Source: Minisyncoccota bacterium (GTDB taxonomy: Bacteria > Patescibacteriota > Minisyncoccia > Moranbacterales > UBA1568). From it: a stretch of 64,000 nucleotides of DNA. Positions 56,807 to 64,000 of this stretch are shown piece by piece. Each line of letters begins with the position of its first letter. Positions within the stretch are counted from its first letter, which is position 1. The translations under genes were made by a program, and so were the position numbers. The notes below the pieces were generated by a model that worked only from the letters and a program-made list of their open reading frames with translations, was not told the origin of the DNA and searched no databases. The stretch is from contig JBPPMJ010000001.1 of assembly GCA_051306005.1 (NCBI GenBank), positions 3,610 through 67,609 on the forward strand, read 5' to 3'.

Positions 56807-59578
56807 ATGTCATTCTTTCGGAAAACACAAAAAATCTTTTTTATTACTCTTCTTATTTTTTCGGTATTCTCAGCCAACGCGTTACCCGTGTTAGCACTGA
56901 GTATACCAGGTATACCGAGTCCTTCTAAACTCATGTCACCCTCAAAAATCGCTTCCGAGATGGAGCGGCGTTATAATCTTGATTTGGGTGCGATTCGCAA
57001 TCAGGGAGAATATTTGAATGTTGCGGACAACAAGAAAATGGCCCCAGAAACATCGTTGTTTTTTTCTCCGAGCGACCCCAAAGAGGGGGAGAAGATTTCT
57101 GCTAAAGCATTTCCTTTGTATTTTTCAAATCATGAATCTGCGTTGTATTATACATGGTTTCTGAAACATGCAGATTGTAATGTGGGTATCTCACTCAGCG
57201 GGGACCAGCGCGCCCGTTGTGACCGAGATGGCAATGGTCGAGTGACAGTGGAAGATTGGAAAATCGAAGCGGCAAGTATCATGGTACAAAATGGTTATGA
57301 TGGTTCCGAAACCAGCACTGCTTCCGGAGATGATAACGATGGATATAAGGCCAGTTTTGGTGGTGAGAACAAAAGCAACACGCCGGATTATTGTTATATA
57401 CACGATACGGATTCCGGCATAAACTATGAACTTGTGAAAAACGCTTCCAATGCGGTTTATACATGTCCACCTGGCACATCTCCGGTGTGTATGGTGAATG
57501 ACGAGAGTATTACCAGTGGCGTGGACAGTCCTTTGCCGGCCGGTGCTTATTTTGATTTTACGCCTAGCGGTACATGTAGTGTTTCTGGTCTACCAACCTG
57601 CTCTTCTGCATTAGCAGAATGTGGAGTCGGTTCCCCACGTTGTGTTGCCAATCCAACCACCACCACTTCATGCGGAACACCATTACTCGGCTGTTCCGCA
57701 AAAAGTGAAAGTTCTGCCCGTCCTTCATGCGAACACTTGTTTCCCAAAGGATCTTCTGGCACATCTGGTGATGGTTCTTTTGGAGCAGGTGAAGAACGTT
57801 TCTGGGGAAGTAACCCCAAAGACTCTTCTACGGCGGATAATGGTAACAAGGATGAGGCAAATGTCATCGGATTAAGTCAATCTAATTTTACCTGGAATTA
57901 TGAAGCGGGCGATCAGGTTGGAGTTGCAATCGAGGGCACGTCAATGATTCCTACGAAACATGATGATTCTTCTTATATGATTATGTGGGCCTTTTCAAAA
58001 AATAATTGCCCCGTTTCAAGGACAACACAAACTGGGGTGTATTCCAAGGAGATCAAGGGGTATGCTGTCACTATCCCGACGGCAGAATTTGATCTTAATG
58101 ATTGTATCGAGAAAAATCTTGTTGACCCGACTCAGGGCGGTCAACCGACGAATTTGCAGGTTACTGTGACTGCTACTCCTGATCATCCGATTAATGATGA
58201 TACGGAAGATAAAAGCGGTGACATTATTATCGCGCAGGCGAGTATCAGTAATGCCGGGCGCAATCTCTCCAATATGTTGTTTGATTGGAAGATAGAAATG
58301 AGTAATAATATCCAATTCAATTCCAAAGTGGGTACCGTATCGGATGTAACCAATGATCTTAAATCCATGCAACTTTTGAGTAATACTAAGGGAAATGCTT
58401 TGGATACGCTCCGATTACAAATGGATATTGCCAAAAATGCCTCAATTGGTGGTCGTCCATTATCCGCGTATCTTAAGGATGATATCGGATACATACGTTT
58501 CACGCCTCGTGTCACAGAGAATTTTTCGAGTGGTGTCACCCGTAAAGGCAAGAGTGATGTAATTGTAAAATTTACTTCTAGTGGCAAGAAAATCAGTGCT
58601 TATAAGGCAAAAGCACAGAAAAATGGGGATAAAATGAAAGTATCTTTACCTGGAAATGGGGGATTGATCTGCAATGATGATGCGTTAGACCGATCGGTTT
58701 GTCGTATCATAAAAAATGAGGTTATCGGTTTGAAAATTGACAAAGCTGGTTTGCAGAATTTTCGTTGGACTATCAACGGTGAACCACTGCTCTGTTCCAA
58801 GAGTGCGGTTTCGGGAGATTGTCTTGATGGAGAGCAAAATGAAATCAATTTCTTCCCAGTGACTGGCAATGTGGGAGATGCATATACGGTTAATGTTACT
58901 GCTAATGACGTCAAAACAGGTAAGGTTTTTACCATTACTCGTACTTTCAATATCATTGAGCCGACTGTTGTTATTGAGCCAGCCAATAAAGACAGTGTCT
59001 GGCCCAAACTGCTGGGTCAATACAAAGATATTATTGGACAAGCAACCACAGCGTGTCCCGGGGGATTGTGTGATGATGTGAGTAATTTTATCTTACAGAC
59101 CACCCCAGGCAATGATGTAAAATTGAAGGCACGTTTCATTCCGAGTTTCTTGGGAAATAATGCTTCACAGCGGTGGACGATTGATGGATCAACTCCTCAA
59201 GAGGGGACAAAGAATACACTGGATTTTCGTGCTGACAAGATAGCAGGAGACATTTACAACATCAATTTTACGGCGCAGATTGCCCAGTCTGATGATACGC
59301 GTCGAGCACTGTTTGATATTTGGAATGTTTCACCTTTCGATTCTGTTATCAGTAATTTGGGTGTTTCTCGACAAATAGAACTCGAGGATACAAGTATTGC
59401 ACAGAGCCCGAATAATCAATCCAAATATCTCGCCGCCATTGCTTTGTATATTCCTGCTTCAGTTCTCTTTACCTTACGTATTCTTTTGACGGCCTTACTC
59501 GTCTTATTCACGACGCATTTCTTGTTGCTTTTTTTACAGGGACGTAGAGTGCGAGCGTTTGTGGCAAATGAAAGATAA
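56807..59578 (+). CDS. Large secreted Cys-rich surface protein with C-terminal TM anchor
   Basis: Signal peptide, EF-hand-like DRDGNGRVTVED, Cys/Ser/Thr-rich block, beta-rich domains, C-terminal TM. Confidence 0.75.
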   Translation: MSFFRKTQKIFFITLLIFSVFSANALPVLALSIPGIPSPSKLMSPSKIASEMERRYNLDLGAIRNQGEYLNVADNKKMAPETSLFFSPSDPKEGEKISAKAFPLYFSNHESALYYTWFLKHADCNVGISLSGDQRARCDRDGNGRVTVEDWKIEAASIMVQNGYDGSETSTASGDDNDGYKASFGGENKSNTPDYCYIHDTDSGINYELVKNASNAVYTCPPGTSPVCMVNDESITSGVDSPLPAGAYFDFTPSGTCSVSGLPTCSSALAECGVGSPRCVANPTTTTSCGTPLLGCSAKSESSARPSCEHLFPKGSSGTSGDGSFGAGEERFWGSNPKDSSTADNGNKDEANVIGLSQSNFTWNYEAGDQVGVAIEGTSMIPTKHDDSSYMIMWAFSKNNCPVSRTTQTGVYSKEIKGYAVTIPTAEFDLNDCIEKNLVDPTQGGQPTNLQVTVTATPDHPINDDTEDKSGDIIIAQASISNAGRNLSNMLFDWKIEMSNNIQFNSKVGTVSDVTNDLKSMQLLSNTKGNALDTLRLQMDIAKNASIGGRPLSAYLKDDIGYIRFTPRVTENFSSGVTRKGKSDVIVKFTSSGKKISAYKAKAQKNGDKMKVSLPGNGGLICNDDALDRSVCRIIKNEVIGLKIDKAGLQNFRWTINGEPLLCSKSAVSGDCLDGEQNEINFFPVTGNVGDAYTVNVTANDVKTGKVFTITRTFNIIEPTVVIEPANKDSVWPKLLGQYKDIIGQATTACPGGLCDDVSNFILQTTPGNDVKLKARFIPSFLGNNASQRWTIDGSTPQEGTKNTLDFRADKIAGDIYNINFTAQIAQSDDTRRALFDIWNVSPFDSVISNLGVSRQIELEDTSIAQSPNNQSKYLAAIALYIPASVLFTLRILLTALLVLFTTHFLLLFLQGRRVRAFVANER

Positions 59579-59667
59579 TGAAATGGCATGACGCACTATG
59601 GCTCTTTACAGTGTCTTTGAGAGACGCGATGACAAAAGACTGATGTGTGATGTGTCAAGGGATAACA

Positions 59668-59696
59668 AAAAATAGACTCTTTAAGAGTCTATTTTT
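59668..59696. terminator. Bidirectional terminator
   Basis: AAAAATAGACTCT-TTA-AGAGTCTATTTTT between convergent genes. Confidence 0.75.
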
Positions 59697-59718
59697 CTTC
59701 TTCTGTTGGGAGTCTTTT

Positions 59719-59904
59719 TTACAAAAGACCTATTTGTCCAAAGAAAGTCAAGCTCAGGACCGGTACGAGCGCCAAAAGAAAAGCAAAGCTTAATTCAGCG
59801 CTTTTACTGGTTTCTTCGGCAACTTTCGCACAAGTGGCACATTCTTCAGCTTCGTGATTACTTGTTGAGGATTCTTCTTCGTTATTCATCATTATTGGGT
59901 CCAT
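59719..59904 (-). CDS. Small protein with CxxC motif and C-terminal TM
   Basis: EECATCAKV...FAFLLALVPVLSLTFFGQIGLL; terminator follows. Confidence 0.55.
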   Translation of the reverse strand: MDPIMMNNEEESSTSNHEAEECATCAKVAEETSKSAELSFAFLLALVPVLSLTFFGQIGLL

Positions 59905-60207
59905 AGTATTATTTTTTATTATTGATTTATAGGATATATACGACATAACATGTGACTCAACATCGACCATTGAGTTCCACAATATGGTTTCGAGAAAGAA
60001 AAAAACGGGTCGTGGACAGAAAAAGCCCTCACCCGTTCTTCAACTTCTCAACACATTCATTATAGCGCATAATTTGATAAAAGTCAAGCAATATCGGCGA
60101 ATTGATGCCATGGTGTATTATTTTAGACAAAGAAAAAATGGAACGGTAGCCAGCTCTAAAACTTTATGATACGATAAAGAATGTGAAATATCGTATGTTT
60201 ACTTTCT

Positions 60208-60948
60208 ATGCCAATTTTTTTTTCACGGATTATCGTGTTCTTAGGTATCGTGATGCTTGCCGGATGCACGACCCAAGAAGTACGTAAAGATATTATACCA
60301 AAGAATGAACTGTCTTTTTATGAACATGCCAACAATAAAACGTCAGATGTTTCTCAAGAAAAAGCGACTCAGCTCAAGGAAGCTTCAGAACAGCCATTCC
60401 CTGTTAATAAACCAGCAACGAAAAATGCTATGTATACACAACCACCGGCCATGATGCTTAATAAAGACAAGCAGTATGAGGCAACACTGAAGACTGACGC
60501 TGGCAATATCGGGATTTCTCTGACAGCCAAGGAGACTCCGATTACTGTCAACAGTTTTGTTTTTTTAGCGCGAGAAAAATTTTATGATAATACTATTTTT
60601 CACCGTGTTATCAAGGGCTTTATGATTCAAGGAGGAGATCCTGAAGGAACTGGCATGGGCGGACCAGGATATCAGGTGGTTGAGACACCTGCACAGAATA
60701 CACGGTATACGAGGGGGGTTATCGCTATGGCCAAATCAGGTACTGCGCCAGCGGGAGCATCAGGAAGTCAGTTTTTTATTATGCATCAAGACAATGCGCT
60801 TCCACCGGACTACGTGGTTTTTGGTACAGTAATTTCCGGTATGGAAGCTGTGGATGCCATTGCGGACGTGAATACCAAGCCCGGAGGTGAGGGTTCATCA
60901 CCGGTGACGCCTGTAAAAATACAGACGATTGAAATCCAGGAAAAATAA
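60208..60948 (+). CDS. Cyclophilin-type peptidyl-prolyl isomerase lipoprotein
   Basis: Lipobox LAGC; FHRVIKGFMIQGGDP, GSQFFI, YVVFG. Confidence 0.95.
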   Translation: MPIFFSRIIVFLGIVMLAGCTTQEVRKDIIPKNELSFYEHANNKTSDVSQEKATQLKEASEQPFPVNKPATKNAMYTQPPAMMLNKDKQYEATLKTDAGNIGISLTAKETPITVNSFVFLAREKFYDNTIFHRVIKGFMIQGGDPEGTGMGGPGYQVVETPAQNTRYTRGVIAMAKSGTAPAGASGSQFFIMHQDNALPPDYVVFGTVISGMEAVDAIADVNTKPGGEGSSPVTPVKIQTIEIQEK

Positions 60949-60971
60949 CTAAGTCGATGCGTTTTCTGAAG

Positions 60972-60996
60972 AACCTCTCGTAATGGGAGGTTTTTG
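60972..60996 (+). terminator. Intrinsic terminator
   Basis: AACCTCTC-GTAAT-GGGAGGTT followed by T-run. Confidence 0.6.
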
Positions 60997-61129
60997 ATAA
61001 GTGCGAATATTGCGAGAGAGAGAATGGAAAAACGTGTTATAATAGAGGTAGAATTGAAATTATCAGTGTCACTGTGAAGCATGTGAATGAGCGAGAAACG
61101 ACTCGTATCGTAACCGTTATTTCAGAAAT

Positions 61130-62590
61130 ATGTATCTTTTCGCACTGCTTCAATCTAGACATTTTTTTGCCCGTCACTTGATGGTTATTTTTTTTGCGGG
61201 TGGTTTGATTACAAGTGGGATATGGTTTATGCCACAGGCATTTGCCGAAAGCGAACTTTCACAGGAGATGCTGGTCGCCCTGGTGAAACCATCGGTAGTT
61301 CGTATTGTTAGCCATGCCCACGGTACAGCCCGTATTCCTCGGATCAAGGTGAATATTCAGCAACGCCTTGTGGCTGTAATTCCCGACACTTATACAGACA
61401 TACCAATTGATGAGTATTTGGTCGGGAGCGGGTTTATCGTGCATTCAGATGGATACATAGCGACCAATGCGCATGTCATTTCACCCATGACACTGAAGCG
61501 TGCATTGGCGACAGAGAGTGCTTTGCCAGCACTGTACAATGATGCTTTGCTTTTGTCCGATGAAGAAATGGAAATATTTTTGAATAAGGATAATAAAGAC
61601 AAATTTAGTGATACGGTACTGCAGTATGTGTTGGATAATAGTATCTTTGATATAACAACGCAAACAGTGGTTTTACGGCCGGATTCTTCTCAACAAGAAA
61701 TAAAAGATTTGTTTGCAGAAGGTTTTCCGGCGACTACCATTTCTGTCAATGAGAATTTTTTTGTTACTGAAAAAGATGTCGCTTTGCTCAAAATAGAAGA
61801 AACACATTTACCAGCACTTTCTTTCGGAACTGATAACGCCTTGGCAGTCGGAAAAAAAGCATATATCTTTGGGTTTCCAGCGAATGCAGAATTCAATCAG
61901 AATAATTCAGCGGAGGCGACATTCACTCAAGGAGTTGTTAGTGCCATTAAGCGTTCAATGAGTGGAGATTTCAACATTTTTCAAACAGATGCTAAGGTCT
62001 CTGAAGGCTCAAGCGGGGGCCCACTTTTTGGCGAGCAAGGAGCAGTGACCGGCATGATCACCTTTCAAACAGATGGTATGATACGTACCCAAGGTGATAA
62101 TTTTGCGTTTGCCTTGCCTGTGGCTTTGATTCAACAAATGGCACAAGAAAGTGACATTCCGTTGGCTGAGGGGTCATATGGAACTTTGTTTCGTCAAGGG
62201 ATGATTGATTTTTCCCAGAAGTATTGTGAAAAAGCACGTTCTGCACTGGAGGAAGCGGTACAAAGCACCAACCCTATTTTTGTAACGGCATCTTTTGTGA
62301 ATCCTTATTTGGAGCAATGTAACATTTGGCGGACTCAGGGAATAACACTGGACACGTCATTTTCAGTTTGGAAAGAACAATTTTTACATTCCGAAAACTC
62401 TTTCTTTTTTGTGATTGGTATTGGCTTGATAGTACTCGGTCTTTTGATTGGTCTTCTTTTTTGGATGGTGCGTCAGGTACGACGTGAAGAAAAAGAAATA
62501 AAAATATTGGAAGCTCGTCTTCAGCGCGACGAAGCAAGTATGATGAAATACGCAGAGCACTCTTTGACAGAAAAGAAAAAAGAATTGTAA
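61130..62590 (+). CDS. Trypsin-like (S1C) serine protease, membrane anchored
   Basis: GSGF, TNAHV, KDVALLK, GSSGGP; N- and C-terminal TMs. Confidence 0.9.
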   Translation: MYLFALLQSRHFFARHLMVIFFAGGLITSGIWFMPQAFAESELSQEMLVALVKPSVVRIVSHAHGTARIPRIKVNIQQRLVAVIPDTYTDIPIDEYLVGSGFIVHSDGYIATNAHVISPMTLKRALATESALPALYNDALLLSDEEMEIFLNKDNKDKFSDTVLQYVLDNSIFDITTQTVVLRPDSSQQEIKDLFAEGFPATTISVNENFFVTEKDVALLKIEETHLPALSFGTDNALAVGKKAYIFGFPANAEFNQNNSAEATFTQGVVSAIKRSMSGDFNIFQTDAKVSEGSSGGPLFGEQGAVTGMITFQTDGMIRTQGDNFAFALPVALIQQMAQESDIPLAEGSYGTLFRQGMIDFSQKYCEKARSALEEAVQSTNPIFVTASFVNPYLEQCNIWRTQGITLDTSFSVWKEQFLHSENSFFFVIGIGLIVLGLLIGLLFWMVRQVRREEKEIKILEARLQRDEASMMKYAEHSLTEKKKEL

Positions 62591-62709
62591 TTCTTTTTTT
62601 ACAAGCTCTTGTTTCATGCAAATGTCACCACTATGATATATGGACTGTTTGGTGTATACTGCACCATACAAGACGGTGTAAGAAGAGGGTCTTATTGCTA
62701 TAATGTTTT

Positions 62710-63456
62710 ATGTTACAGGCCACTAAACAGATAATCGAGCCCTTTTTGGTGTATAGTTTTCGGACACATGATACGATAACTGCATTTTTGGCCCGGCATT
62801 TCTTTGCAGTGAAGCGAGGTATTTTGATAGTGGCGCATTTGGCATTGCTTGGTTTCTTGTTTCCTGAAGTGCGCAAGGATTTCGGAGAGGCATCAGCCAA
62901 TATATTATTATTTATTCTTTTTTTGAGTCCGCTTTCACGATTATTGCGGATGCGCCTTCTTTTGCAGTTGATGGGTCTTCGAAGAGAATTAGGAATTTTG
63001 ATGGGCTATCTGGCAACGGTGCACGGAGTGGGGTATTTATTGGATCCATCTTGGTTTGATATGTTTATTGAACCTTATCTAGGAAGCAATGTTTTTATGA
63101 TGCAACCTTTATTTTTTTTCGGTATTATAGCGTACATACTGACATTGCCGTTACTTCTGACTTCCAATAATCTTGCATTACGTTTTTTAGGGGGGAAAAA
63201 ATGGAAGTGGTTGCATCGATCGGTCTATCTTTTGTTTGTTGTTGCCATCTTACATCGTTTTTTTGTGAAAAGTGGGGATAATTATAACACAATTGCTTTG
63301 TTCGAGGCAGGGATTTTGATACTGAGTTATTTGTTGATAATAGTGTTAGCTCGGCGTAATTTTATAACACCATTGCGTTTGTTTATTCAATGGTTCGGAA
63401 CTCAATATAAAGAATACACCATAACACGGAACGTAAAATATAAAGACGTGGCATAA
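62710..63456 (+). CDS. Ferric reductase-like transmembrane protein (MsrQ-like)
   Basis: RRELGI..H, LLLTSN, WKWLHRSVY...H. Confidence 0.85.
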   Translation: MLQATKQIIEPFLVYSFRTHDTITAFLARHFFAVKRGILIVAHLALLGFLFPEVRKDFGEASANILLFILFLSPLSRLLRMRLLLQLMGLRRELGILMGYLATVHGVGYLLDPSWFDMFIEPYLGSNVFMMQPLFFFGIIAYILTLPLLLTSNNLALRFLGGKKWKWLHRSVYLLFVVAILHRFFVKSGDNYNTIALFEAGILILSYLLIIVLARRNFITPLRLFIQWFGTQYKEYTITRNVKYKDVA

Positions 63457-63476
63457 TTCTTCATGAAATAAATAGT

Positions 63477-64000
63477 ATGATACATTCTTTAAAACTTTTT
63501 TTAATTACAGTATTGATAGTGGTAGCAGGGGTTCTTGGAACATTGCTTCAGAGGGCGCAGGCGGAAACTGTCATAGCGCAGAGGGTCCGTATTGAAATGT
63601 TTGAACGTCAAGATTGCGCGCACTGTCAAGCAGAAAAACAGTACCTCCATGCATTGGAGAAACGTCGTGGAGATATTGAAATACGTTTAATTGATATTAA
63701 TTCAGAAGAAGGAAAAAAACTTTTTGAGCGTTTTACGGAACAACAGCAGTTGCCTAAGGCGACGCCGATTACGATAATCGGGGCAACGGTGTTACAAGGT
63801 TTTGATAGTGAAAAGACGACAGGGCGACGTATTGAGTCTTTGGTAAACCAATATCAAGGCAGTGAGGCAGTGGGTATTGAAGGGTTGCTATCTGGAAAAG
63901 CCAGTGATCTGGAAAAGACACGTGGAGCAGTGTGTGACAGCACTACGGGCATCTGTACGATACCTGAACCCGAGCCATTTCTCGTGACGTTGCCTTTCAG
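63477..64000 (+). CDS. Exported glutaredoxin/thioredoxin-fold protein (runs off window end)
   Basis: Hand translation: signal peptide then FERQDCAHCQAEK...ATPITIIG..LQGF. Confidence 0.8.
   Translation, partial: MIHSLKLFLITVLIVVAGVLGTLLQRAQAETVIAQRVRIEMFERQDCAHCQAEKQYLHALEKRRGDIEIRLIDINSEEGKKLFERFTEQQQLPKATPITIIGATVLQGFDSEKTTGRRIESLVNQYQGSEAVGIEGLLSGKASDLEKTRGAVCDSTTGICTIPEPEPFLVTLPF

Noticed and set aside
46600-59578. Integrative conjugative element (recombinase plus VirB4)
   Set aside because: The recombinase looks like a housekeeping Xer; no relaxase, coupling protein, att repeats or compositional shift seen.
219-62900. Numerous short antisense or overlapping ORFs in the six-frame track
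   Set aside because: They are shadows of well-supported genes and carry no recognisable motifs.

Overview
Gene-dense bacterial chromosome segment read with standard code 11. The gene set points to Patescibacteria/CPR, probably Parcubacteria (inference): PilB-type ATPase, DUF3048, FemAB-MurE, LemA-HtpX, a PrgI/VirB4/VirB6-like cluster, and few Shine-Dalgarno sites. The backbone carries ruvC, ruvB, ruvA, polA, mutM, holA, rpsT, tsaE, murE, pyk, malic enzyme, mscL, lspA, comM, rsmA, pcrA/uvrD and a Xer recombinase. The first standout accessory locus follows tRNA-Ser(GGA) and looks like a decayed diversity-generating retroelement. It has a GC-rich target gene whose last 120 bp are repeated with 100% identity at the template-repeat position, a convergent Avd-like pseudogene, and no reverse transcriptase in the window; persulfide and quinone detox cassettes follow. 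The second is an IS30-family element with both terminal inverted repeats and both transposase ends, whose catalytic core is replaced by an AT-rich erm-like rRNA methyltransferase carrying an early in-frame stop. Also seen: a candidate 6S-like ncRNA with its own promoter and terminator, a double-ATPase PilB with an apparent gene-conversion tract, an ATP-grasp/7TM/protease peptide-tagging cluster, and a palindrome next to xer. All product calls come from motif recognition by eye; no searches were run.
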